Shown here: positions 9,832 through 19,090 of the stretch, piece after piece | Layout of the letters: the number at the start of each line of letters is the position of its first letter | How positions within the stretch are numbered: the first letter of the stretch is position 1 | Translations under genes and position numbers: made by a program | The notes under the pieces: model-generated | Seen by the model: the letters and a program-made list of their open reading frames with translations, nothing else | Database searches by the model: none | What the model was told of the DNA's origin: nothing | NCBI GenBank assembly: GCA_946628755.1 | Contig: CAMOWX010000001.1 | Location: 1,469-65,468 of the forward strand | Source of the DNA: an uncultured Clostridia bacterium | GTDB lineage: Bacteria; Bacillota; Clostridia; Saccharofermentanales; Saccharofermentanaceae | Length of the DNA: 64,000 bases | Direction of reading: 5' to 3'

Positions 9832-12231
9832 ATGACAGTTCTTGAATATATGAATGACAATCTGCTTTATCTTGATGGAGGTATGGGAACACTCCTTCAG
9901 GACCGGGGCCTTAAGCCGGGAGAGCTTCCGGAGAGATGGAATGTATCCAATCCGGATGTTGTTACAGATATCCACAGAGCATATTATGATGCAGGTTCGA
10001 ATGTCGTGTCGACTAATACTTTCGGCGCGAATTCGCTGAAGTTCGACCTTGAAGAACTTGAGAGCCTGGTAAGGGCGGCAGTTGAGAATGTTAAGAGAGC
10101 GCAGACACTGAGCAAGGGAACGCAGCAGAAGTTCGTGGCACTTGATATAGGACCAATAGGCAAGCTTCTTAAGCCGTATGGCGATTATGATTTCGAGGAT
10201 GCGGTATCGGTATATGCCGATACGGTGAGAATAGGTGTAAAATGCGGCGTTGATCTTATATTCATCGAGACGATGAACGACAGTTATGATACAAAGGCGG
10301 CCGTGCTGGCGGCAAAGGAGAATTCCGACCTTCCCGTATTTGTATCCAATGCATACAGTGAAGACGGTAAGCTAATGACAGGCGCTACACCCGCCGTGAT
10401 GACAGCGATGCTGGAAGGTCTGGGAGTTGATGCAATAGGCGCGAATTGTTCGCTTGGACCTGCCCAGTTAAGGGGAGTGGTGGAGGACTATCTGCGTTAT
10501 TCATCCATTCCGGTTCTTCTGAAGCCGAACGCGGGACTTCCGAGAACCGAGAACGGCAGGACAGTCTATGATGTCTATCCCGATGAATTCTCTGATCTTA
10601 TGGCAGAGTTTATTGGGGAGGGTGTGAGGATCGCAGGCGGCTGCTGTGGAACGACGCCTGATTACATCAGAGAGACAGTAAATAAGAGCAAGGATATCAC
10701 CCCGGTTCCGTTGACTGATAAGAACAGATCCGTGATCAGTTCTTATTCTAAAACAGTTGAATTCGGCGTGTCCCCGGTACTGATAGGCGAGAGGATCAAT
10801 CCGACGGGTAAGAAGAAGTTCAAGGAAGCTCTTCGTGAACATGACATAGAACATATCCTGAGTGTAGGTCTGGCGCAGGTTGACAGGGGAGCACAGGTAC
10901 TGGATGTCAACGTCGGAATTCCCGAGATAGATGAGCCTTCTCTGCTGACTGAAGTCGTATATGAGCTTCAGGCGATAATCGATCTGCCTCTTCAGATAGA
11001 TACTACTGATACCGTTGCCATGGAACGCGCGCTCCGCACTTATAACGGCAAGCCGATGATCAATTCGGTAAACGGCAAGGAAGAAGTTATGGAGGCGGTA
11101 TTCCCTTTGGTTAAAAAGTACGGGGGACTCCTCGTCTGTCTTACGCTTGATGAGCGCGGTATTCCTGACAATGCCGACGAGAGGATAGAGATTGCCGAGA
11201 AGATTATCGCGCGCGCGGAGGAATACGGCATACCTAAGAAGGATCTTATATTCGATACGCTCGCCATGACAGTCAGTGCAGACGACAGGGCAGCGCTTGC
11301 CACACTTGATGCACTTGATCATATCAGACACAAATTGGGATGTAACACTTCTCTCGGTGTGTCAAACGTGTCTTTCGGATTGCCGCAGAGGGAGATCATT
11401 ACATCTTCCTTCTTCCTTATGGCGATGACACGGGGACTGTCCGCGGCAATAATGAATCCCAATTCAAACGAGATGATGAAGGTGTGGTATTCTTTCAAGG
11501 TACTGTCCGGGATTGATGCTAATTGCGGTGATTATATAGCCAATATAGATAAATACGCAGTATCGACACTTACTGCAGGAACGCCGGCTTCCGCCACTGT
11601 TAATGATGACGGTCTGACTGATCTTCAGCGTGCTATTGTTAAGGGAATGAAGGAGCAGGCCGCTAAGCTCACAGCAGGTCTTCTTGAGTCCACGGAGCCG
11701 CTCGACATAGTGTCTGAGCAGATCATCCCGGCGCTTGATATAGTCGGTAAGGGCTTTGAGGAGAAGACAATGTACCTGCCGCAGCTTCTTATGAGTGCGG
11801 AGGCGTCGCAGTTTGCTTTCGAGCAGATCAAAAAGAAGATGGCGGAGGCAGGATCATCAGGTCCTTCACGTGGAAAGTTTGTCATAGCAACAGTCAAAGG
11901 TGACATTCACGACATCGGCAAGAACATCGTGAAACTCATTCTCGAGAATTACGGCTTCGATGTTATCGATCTTGGCAGGGATGTTCCTCCGGAGACCGTG
12001 GTTGAAGCAGTTGTTGCGAACCATGCACCCCTGTGCGGATTGTCTGCACTCATGACGACGACGGTGCCCGCGATGGAAGAGACGATAAAGCTCCTGCGCA
12101 AGGATGCTCCTTGGTGCAAGGTGTGCGTCGGAGGCGCGGTGCTGACACAGGAATATGCGGATATGATCGGTGCGGATTTCTACGGGAAAGATGCGATGGC
12201 AACGGTGAGATACGCCATGAGTGTTGTATAA
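9832..12231 (+). CDS. metH: Cobalamin-dependent methionine synthase (Hcy, pterin and B12-binding domains; no activation domain)
   Basis: LDGGMGT, GANCS, GGCCGTTP, IGERINPTG, GDIHDIGKN, SALMTTT. Confidence 0.95.
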   Translation: MTVLEYMNDNLLYLDGGMGTLLQDRGLKPGELPERWNVSNPDVVTDIHRAYYDAGSNVVSTNTFGANSLKFDLEELESLVRAAVENVKRAQTLSKGTQQKFVALDIGPIGKLLKPYGDYDFEDAVSVYADTVRIGVKCGVDLIFIETMNDSYDTKAAVLAAKENSDLPVFVSNAYSEDGKLMTGATPAVMTAMLEGLGVDAIGANCSLGPAQLRGVVEDYLRYSSIPVLLKPNAGLPRTENGRTVYDVYPDEFSDLMAEFIGEGVRIAGGCCGTTPDYIRETVNKSKDITPVPLTDKNRSVISSYSKTVEFGVSPVLIGERINPTGKKKFKEALREHDIEHILSVGLAQVDRGAQVLDVNVGIPEIDEPSLLTEVVYELQAIIDLPLQIDTTDTVAMERALRTYNGKPMINSVNGKEEVMEAVFPLVKKYGGLLVCLTLDERGIPDNADERIEIAEKIIARAEEYGIPKKDLIFDTLAMTVSADDRAALATLDALDHIRHKLGCNTSLGVSNVSFGLPQREIITSSFFLMAMTRGLSAAIMNPNSNEMMKVWYSFKVLSGIDANCGDYIANIDKYAVSTLTAGTPASATVNDDGLTDLQRAIVKGMKEQAAKLTAGLLESTEPLDIVSEQIIPALDIVGKGFEEKTMYLPQLLMSAEASQFAFEQIKKKMAEAGSSGPSRGKFVIATVKGDIHDIGKNIVKLILENYGFDVIDLGRDVPPETVVEAVVANHAPLCGLSALMTTTVPAMEETIKLLRKDAPWCKVCVGGAVLTQEYADMIGADFYGKDAMATVRYAMSVV

Positions 12232-12417
12232 GCTTTACAAACACATTTCTGAAATGGGCTTTGAGCATCGTTTCCGTAGAAAACAGGCACTCCTTCCGTA
12301 ATATTACGGAAAGATCTTAAAATCTTACGGAAACAGAGACAGGTTCGGAGGCCTGACAAATAGCATAAGCAAATATTCCCACAGATTCCGTTAGGGGATG
12401 TGAGTCGCTCTTGTAAT

Positions 12418-12454
12418 AGCAGGGCGCCCCGCATATATCACGGGACGCCCTGCT
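12418..12454. terminator. GC-rich hairpin between convergent genes, probable terminator
   Basis: AGCAGGGCG...CGCCCTGCT inverted repeat; U-tracts are weak. Confidence 0.6.
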
Positions 12455-12488
12455 CGATTTGCATATAAACCATGACGTTTGATCAGCC

Positions 12489-15400
12489 TTACTTCATGGC
12501 GCCGGAACCGTCGAACTCGTAGACTTTGCCGTCGATCTCAAGAGATTCGTTAGCAGCCATTCTGCCGTCTTCCTTGAAGTAGTACCACTTCTTGCCGCTC
12601 TTGAGCCACTTGCTTACATAAGCACTGCCGCTCTTGGTCAGATAGTACCAGTCACTGCCTGACTGCTTCCAGCCTGACTTCTGCATGGCTCCGCCCGAAG
12701 AGAACAGGTAAATTGCGCCGTCGATCTCCCGTACGCCTGTCACCATCAGCATATTGTCTTTATCAAAGTAGTACCACACTTTGCTGATCAGCTTCCAGCC
12801 TGTTACTGCGCCGTTTGTCGTGAAGTAATAATAACTGCCGTCTTCATTCTTGTACCATCCGGATGCAAGGGCTCCGGATGACTTGAACCAGTAGAGCGTG
12901 CCGTCGATCTCACAGAGGCCGGTTACCATAACGAATGATTCGGGATCAAGGTAATACCAGACTTTGCTGATCTTCTGCCAGCCGGTGAGAAGAGCACCTG
13001 ACTTGTTGGCATATAAGTAATTGCCGTCATCGTTGATCCACCCGGTCTTCATGGCACCGTCATTACCGAAGAAGTATGAACTGCCGTCGATCTCAGTCAA
13101 TCCCGTAGTGTAGCTTCCGTCACTTCCGGCATAGTACCACTTCTTGTTGATCATCTTCCAGGAATATGTGACCTCCTGATTCTCGGGAACTGCCGGAGTT
13201 GCGTTCTTTACAGTTGTCTTGTCGTCGATCAGGAGAGAAGGACAGCCGGTTGCGTCAAGCTCTCCGCCTTCGGAAATGATATAGTCACCATACACGCTGA
13301 CATTATTATCAAAACGGTATCTCGGACCGTTAGTATAGATGTCAAGCAGGGAATCACAAGTGCTCAGATCAATACTGCTAATATTGTTGTGACTTATATC
13401 TGCGGCAACAAGTTCACTGCAGCCGGTCAGATTAAGAGATGTCAGTTTATTATTGCTGCAGTTAAGCTCCGACAGACTTCCGTTTGATGACAGATCAAGA
13501 GAAGATATACTGTTGCCGCTGCAGTCGAGGTATGTCATCTCGTCGAAGTACTCTATGCCCTTGAGGTCTTTTATTCCGAGGTTAGGCACTTCTATGGTCC
13601 ATGTCGGAGATATCTCATCGTCACTGAGATATCCGCTGCCGTCACAGTCAATGGTTGCGATGTATTTCCTGAATTCCGTGTCGGGGAAATTAGTCCCGTT
13701 TATCTCGATGCCGTCTGGTGTGATGGTATCGGAATAGTAGACATCAATCCAGTAGCAGTTGCCGCTTGAAGTCATGTAAAGTCCGGAAGCTTTATCCTTG
13801 ATCATTACCCTGAGTAAGATGCAGCTCTTCACGCCCTCGGAATAATCATTGGTCACAAGTTCTGAAGTATCGATCGTTATGTTCTTACCTGTTCCCAGAG
13901 GATTGTCAGAGTACGAATCTTCCCATTGATACTCTATATCAAGCCCGTCCACATAATCGAGATCAATGCCGCTTATGTTGACGGAATCACCATAACTGGC
14001 AACGATGATACTATCCGGATAATCCTCATCAAAGTCGGGCCCGTATTCCACAACGAAAGGCATTTCGCGTGTTACAGTCTCCTTGCCTTTGGTGACCGTA
14101 ACTACGCAGCTGATCCTGTGGCTTATTTCGATGAACCCGGGATCGTCAGAGCCGTCGCCCCAGTCTTTTGATACTTCCCACCTGTCGGGATCATAGTCGT
14201 TGGAATTGAACTTGAACTCAGGAGCTGTTGCACCGTCAATCTTTGTGAGAGTTGCACCGCCGGGTTTGACATCATACCACTGATATGTGACAGTACATCC
14301 TTCAGGTCCCGTTCCAAGCACTTCGAAAGAAATGTTCTCCCCGGCTTTGTATATTACGTTCTCATAATAGACTCCCATAGGATCGCAGTGATACTCGGTA
14401 TCACCGACATACTCTGCCTTGACCTCGGAATCAAATTCCGAAATGTAGGGTACAACCGTGAAATCCACATAGAATCTAGTATCTATTTCATCACCGGTGT
14501 CTAATTCCGTTTCACATTCTAATACTATTTGCTTCTCTTTGCCGTCAAATTCAAAGTAATCGTTTGAATTGAGTGTTATGGACGGAGTCGTAGTCACGGT
14601 AAACGGCTCTTCTTCCCCGTACAGGTACCATGAATATGAGACAGGAGTAATATCGGCAGAATAATCCATATCCAATGTGAGTGTGAAAGTCTTGTCTTTG
14701 ATCGCATTGACCGGTTCATTCTCAGGCTCGGCAAAGCAATAACTGCTAACTGTTGTCATTCTGCAGAATGCTTCGGTGAAGTCTCCCTCATCTTCGTCAT
14801 AGTATCCGCTGCGAGACATGATCAGAGTATATGTCCGGCCCTTCTCAAGTCTGAGGAGTCTGAGGTCATGGTCAAGATCAGAATTCCAATGATAACATGA
14901 TTCTATGAACGGTATCTCCTCAGAATCACTTCCATATGCCGTGGTGTATAATCCCTGTTCACACCATTCCATGCAATACCAGGCAGTCTTATCAGGTGTG
15001 AACGATACTTTGATCGCAGGTTCGTCATCTTCGGTCATATCAGTGAAGCTGTCTTCGTCAAAGTGGTAGACAGTATCTGCCTTAATGACGGAAGGGATCT
15101 TATCTGCGTCAGGGTAGGGATTAACGTAAGTTCTGACCGAAAACTCGTTGTTGAGGTATACTTTCTTGCCGTTGATCGTCAGTTCAGCATCCAAACAGAG
15201 CTCGTACCTGTTGTCAGGATCGGAATCAAAATCAAATACATCGTTGCTGTTTTTGGTCAGTACCGGTACATTTGTCGTATATTCTTTATCATAGACCTTC
15301 CATGTATATTTCGCTGCGGTGCATTCCACTGTGCTGTCCAGCTCGAAAGGCACAGTGAATTGTTTATCTTTCTCGGCAAGTATTGTCTCGAACTGAGGAC

Positions 15401-16037
15401 ACAGATAAACGTAATCCTGTACCGCATGCACACTGATATAGGTCTCGCCGAACGGCTTCTCATCGAGGTCGTAGAAAGAATAATAGAAGCTGTACTTTGT
15501 TCCGCCTTCAAGATAAACATACCATGACTCGGTGAAATCACCGGTATCATCGAATTCTTTGAACAGCTTAAGGTATGTATAGCTTCCGTCTGTATCTATC
15601 CCGAACCAGTGATCATTGACCGTATCGCCGCGGAAAGAGTAGTATCCGGTCTTGGCAGGTGTGAATGATGCTGAGGCTTCACCATCATTGAGATTCTCAG
15701 GCATGATACGGTAAACCTTATCCGCCTCAACTTTCTTCGTAAGAGGTTCGGCATCGGGATACTTGCCTGTATCTGCAGGCTCGTTCTGCGTATCAGCAGC
15801 TGCGTCCAGTTCTGATTCCTCCGTCTGTTCCGTCGTCTCTGCCGGATCTGTCGGCTCTTCCGGTTCTTCCGGCTCTTCCGTCTCTGCCGTCTCTGAAGCG
15901 TCCGGTATCTGTTCCGTCTCATTGATCTCATCTGTCTCACCGGCGAGAACCGAGACCGGCAGACCCGCAAGACAGCTGCTTGCCATAGACATGGTCAAAA
16001 TGCTGCTTAAGATTTTCCGGATTAATGATCTGTGCAT
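12489..16037 (-). CDS. Secreted surface protein with leucine-rich repeats and C-terminal cell-wall/choline-binding repeats
   Basis: Signal peptide, acidic linker, LRRs (LDCSGNSISSLDLS), repeated TGW..I...WYYF units. Confidence 0.88.
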   Translation of the reverse strand: MHRSLIRKILSSILTMSMASSCLAGLPVSVLAGETDEINETEQIPDASETAETEEPEEPEEPTDPAETTEQTEESELDAAADTQNEPADTGKYPDAEPLTKKVEADKVYRIMPENLNDGEASASFTPAKTGYYSFRGDTVNDHWFGIDTDGSYTYLKLFKEFDDTGDFTESWYVYLEGGTKYSFYYSFYDLDEKPFGETYISVHAVQDYVYLCPQFETILAEKDKQFTVPFELDSTVECTAAKYTWKVYDKEYTTNVPVLTKNSNDVFDFDSDPDNRYELCLDAELTINGKKVYLNNEFSVRTYVNPYPDADKIPSVIKADTVYHFDEDSFTDMTEDDEPAIKVSFTPDKTAWYCMEWCEQGLYTTAYGSDSEEIPFIESCYHWNSDLDHDLRLLRLEKGRTYTLIMSRSGYYDEDEGDFTEAFCRMTTVSSYCFAEPENEPVNAIKDKTFTLTLDMDYSADITPVSYSWYLYGEEEPFTVTTTPSITLNSNDYFEFDGKEKQIVLECETELDTGDEIDTRFYVDFTVVPYISEFDSEVKAEYVGDTEYHCDPMGVYYENVIYKAGENISFEVLGTGPEGCTVTYQWYDVKPGGATLTKIDGATAPEFKFNSNDYDPDRWEVSKDWGDGSDDPGFIEISHRISCVVTVTKGKETVTREMPFVVEYGPDFDEDYPDSIIVASYGDSVNISGIDLDYVDGLDIEYQWEDSYSDNPLGTGKNITIDTSELVTNDYSEGVKSCILLRVMIKDKASGLYMTSSGNCYWIDVYYSDTITPDGIEINGTNFPDTEFRKYIATIDCDGSGYLSDDEISPTWTIEVPNLGIKDLKGIEYFDEMTYLDCSGNSISSLDLSSNGSLSELNCSNNKLTSLNLTGCSELVAADISHNNISSIDLSTCDSLLDIYTNGPRYRFDNNVSVYGDYIISEGGELDATGCPSLLIDDKTTVKNATPAVPENQEVTYSWKMINKKWYYAGSDGSYTTGLTEIDGSSYFFGNDGAMKTGWINDDGNYLYANKSGALLTGWQKISKVWYYLDPESFVMVTGLCEIDGTLYWFKSSGALASGWYKNEDGSYYYFTTNGAVTGWKLISKVWYYFDKDNMLMVTGVREIDGAIYLFSSGGAMQKSGWKQSGSDWYYLTKSGSAYVSKWLKSGKKWYYFKEDGRMAANESLEIDGKVYEFDGSGAMK

Positions 16038-16225
16038 AGTCCACCTCCGTCATATCAATATTCCTTTATTTTACATTGCCGGTTCATGCGGTTCAATTTG
16101 CCGGAGCGGATATTAACACTAACTTTACACATATATAATAAACAAATAACGAATCCATCCCGTTGTTTTAACATGCTATCTGTTGGTATAATTAATCAAG
16201 ATTCTTTAACGACGGGAGGCCTTAC

Positions 16226-17344
16226 ATGATAGATCTGAATAATATGCCCAAACTCGGTTTCGGCTTGATGAGACTCCCTGAGAATAACGGTGCCGTTGAC
16301 ATAGAGACGGTGAAGAATATGGTCGATCTCTATATGAAAGCGGGACTTAATTATTTCGATACTGCGTACGTCTATCATGGCGGCAAGTCGGAAGAGGCCG
16401 CGCGCGAGGCGATCGTGAAGAGATATCCGCGTGATTCCTTCTATTTGGCTACCAAGCTCCCCGCATGGTGCATCAGCAAGGAAGAGGATATCGACCGGAT
16501 CTTCAATGAGCAGTGCGCGAGGGCAGGAGTCGATTACTTCGATTTCTATCTGCTCCACTCTCTCGAGGACGGCAACAATTACGAGAAGTACGAGAAGTAC
16601 GATTGCTTCAGCTGGGGACTTAAGAAGAAGGCCGAAGGGAAGATAAAGCATTTCGGATTCTCATTTCACGGAAGTCCGGAACTGCTGGAGAAGGTGCTGG
16701 ATCTTCATCCCGAAGTTGAATTTGTGCAGATACAGCTTAATTACGCTGACTGGAACAATCCCGTTGTCAAATCAGGCGATCTTTATGAGATACTTGCCAG
16801 ACGAGGTGTTCCGATAATCGTCATGGAGCCTGTTAAGGGAGGAAGTCTTGCGAACCTCAAACCCGAGCTGGAGGCGATGTATAAAGCAGTAAGGCCTGAT
16901 GCATCTGCGGCATCGTGGGCGCTCCGTTTTGTGGGATCGCTCCCCGGCGTAATGACTATACTCTCCGGTATGTCCTCGCCTGAACAGATGGCGGACAACA
17001 TCGGTACATTCACCTGTTTCGAGCCGCTCAGCGAAAAAGAGAAGAAGCTCGTTGATGAGGTTACAAGGATAATGCTCGATACGCCTACGATCGCGTGCAC
17101 GTCCTGCAGATATTGTACTGAAGGCTGTTCCATGCAGATATCGATACCCGATGTATTCAGGGTTGTGAATACGATGAGGCTGTATAATGATGAGTTCAGA
17201 CCGCGCAATTTCTACGGCGGGCTCGTGGAGAGAAGCGGCAGGGCAGGGGACTGCATCGGATGCGGCCAGTGTGAGAGTGTGTGTCCGCAGCATCTGCCGA
17301 TAATCGAGCTGCTCAAGGAAGCATCAGATATGCTTGATAAATAA
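16226..17344 (+). CDS. Aldo/keto reductase with C-terminal 4Fe-4S domain
   Basis: LGFGLMRLP, YFDTAYVY, MEPVKGG, CTSCRYC and CIGCGQCESVCP. Confidence 0.92.
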   Translation: MIDLNNMPKLGFGLMRLPENNGAVDIETVKNMVDLYMKAGLNYFDTAYVYHGGKSEEAAREAIVKRYPRDSFYLATKLPAWCISKEEDIDRIFNEQCARAGVDYFDFYLLHSLEDGNNYEKYEKYDCFSWGLKKKAEGKIKHFGFSFHGSPELLEKVLDLHPEVEFVQIQLNYADWNNPVVKSGDLYEILARRGVPIIVMEPVKGGSLANLKPELEAMYKAVRPDASAASWALRFVGSLPGVMTILSGMSSPEQMADNIGTFTCFEPLSEKEKKLVDEVTRIMLDTPTIACTSCRYCTEGCSMQISIPDVFRVVNTMRLYNDEFRPRNFYGGLVERSGRAGDCIGCGQCESVCPQHLPIIELLKEASDMLDK

Positions 17345-17349
17345 CGGAG

Positions 17350-17856
17350 ATGAACATGTTGAGATTAAGACCATTCAAGAAATGTGATGCTGACACGGTG
17401 GTCAGCTGGATCAAGAGCGAGAGGATATTCCGGTACTGGTGTGCCGACAGGTTCGAGAGCTACCCTATAAGCGGCGCAGATCTCAACGCGCAGTATGACG
17501 GGCTGGCAGACAATGATGATATCTTCCATTTTGTTGCCTATGACGAGGAAGGTATCATCGGGCACTTCAATATAAGGTTCCCCGACAGGAATGATATAGA
17601 TACGGTGAGGCTTGGTTATGTTATCGTAGATGATGCCAGACGCGGTCAGGGACTCGGGAAGAGGATGATCAGCATGGCGCTCGATTATGCCTTTGAATTC
17701 ATGGGAGCTAAGAAGGTAACGATAGGAGTGTTTAAGAATAATCCTGCCGCATTGAACTGTTATCTGTCTGCAGGATTCAAGGATACCGGAGTTATCGAGA
17801 AGTACAGATGCATGGGTGAAGAATGGGAATGCATGGAACTTGAGGTGACAGCATGA
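17350..17856 (+). CDS. GNAT family N-acetyltransferase
   Basis: RRGQGLG acetyl-CoA motif; N..A..CY...GF. Confidence 0.88.
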   Translation: MNMLRLRPFKKCDADTVVSWIKSERIFRYWCADRFESYPISGADLNAQYDGLADNDDIFHFVAYDEEGIIGHFNIRFPDRNDIDTVRLGYVIVDDARRGQGLGKRMISMALDYAFEFMGAKKVTIGVFKNNPAALNCYLSAGFKDTGVIEKYRCMGEEWECMELEVTA

Positions 17857-18638
17857 TCTTGTATTTCACCGGGACAGGCAACACAGAATTCATTGCAAAG
17901 GAGATCGCCTCAAGGCTCGATGACGATTGTCTTAACCTGCTGACCAGGATAAGGGAGAAGGACTATTCCGCGATCAGGAGTGATAAGCCGTGGGTAATCT
18001 GTGTTCCGGTATATGTATGTGAGATGCCGAGATTCTTTGCGGAATTCCTTCGCAATGTCAGGCTTGAAGGAAGCCGTGAAGCATATTTTATCTTCTCCAG
18101 CGGAGGATACTCGGGAATATCGGGATCGCTTGCAAAGGGAATAATGCGCAGGAAGGGTATAACCGTTAAGGGTTATACAGACCTGTCACTGCCGCGTAAT
18201 TATCCCGTGAGTAAACTATACAAGCTCCTGAGCGACGAGGATGCCAGAGCCAGGCTTGCCAAAGCGTACGGACTGCTTGACGGGATCGCATCATCGATCA
18301 GGAACGGGGATAAGTTAAATCACAGATATGTTTTCCTGTTTGAGAAGGCGATAACGCTGCCTTTCAATCCGGTATGGTGCAGGCTCAAGTTCAAAGCTGA
18401 CGATTTTAAGGTCAACGGCAACTGCGTCGGATGCGGTCTGTGTGAACGCGTCTGCCCGCTGGTTAATATCACACTTGCCGATAAGAAGCCTGTATGGGGC
18501 AATAACTGTACCCACTGCATGGCGTGCGTGAGCAACTGTCCCATGGATGCGATCGAGTATGGCGACGTCACATCGCAGAAGGGAAAGTATCACATAAAGT
18601 ATCACAAAGAATACCTTGACGGCTTAAGGAAAATGTAG
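17853..18638 (+). CDS. EFR1-type flavodoxin-ferredoxin fusion
   Basis: YFTGTGNT flavodoxin loop; CVGCGLCERVCP and CTHCMACVSNCP. Confidence 0.88.
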   Translation: MILYFTGTGNTEFIAKEIASRLDDDCLNLLTRIREKDYSAIRSDKPWVICVPVYVCEMPRFFAEFLRNVRLEGSREAYFIFSSGGYSGISGSLAKGIMRRKGITVKGYTDLSLPRNYPVSKLYKLLSDEDARARLAKAYGLLDGIASSIRNGDKLNHRYVFLFEKAITLPFNPVWCRLKFKADDFKVNGNCVGCGLCERVCPLVNITLADKKPVWGNNCTHCMACVSNCPMDAIEYGDVTSQKGKYHIKYHKEYLDGLRKM

Positions 18639-18675
18639 GTTGTCGTATCAGTTATAGGCAGCAAGCCGGTGTCCT

Positions 18676-19030
18676 TTTATGCTAATCGGGCCAAAAGAAC
18701 ACCCAAAATGAACACCCCGGGTGTTCCTATCGCGGGTTCTTTTACGCAAATTAGGCCAAAAGAACACCCAAAAGGGGCACCCCGGGTGTTCCTCCCGCGG
18801 GTTCTTTTACGCAAATTAGGCCAAAAGAACACCCAAAAGGGGCACCCCGGGTGTTCCTATCGCGGGTTATTTTATGCTAATCGGGCCAGAAGAACACCCA
18901 AAAGGGGCACCCCGGGTGTTCCTATCGTGGGTTATTTTACGCTAATCGGGCCAAAAGAACACCCAAAGTGAACACCCCAGGTGTTCCTATCACGGGTTAT
19001 TTTACGCTAATCTGGCCAAAAGAACACCCC
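18676..19030 (+). repeat. Tandem array of about 5.4 copies of a 65-bp palindromic unit
   Basis: CCA(A/G)AAGAAC recurs at 18691, 18756, 18821, 18886, 18951, 19016; internal GAACACCC...GGGTGTTC stem. Confidence 0.97.
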
Positions 19031-19090
19031 GGAGTCCCATCCGGATAATTCCTCAAATCGTGTGAATAACCAAAACGATAATTCTGACCG

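Noticed and set aside
16038-16225. c-di-GMP riboswitch before the surface protein
   Set aside because: A GGCAAA is present on the minus strand, but not the GAAA tetraloop and second stem.
18669-18971. 100-aa ORF over the 65-bp array (also 41756-41941, minus)
   Set aside because: Translation of repeat DNA; the period is not a multiple of 3 and there is no clear RBS.
18676-19030. CRISPR array (also considered for 31637-31947 and 41881-42139)
   Set aside because: Units repeat over their whole length with no unique spacers, and no cas genes are present.
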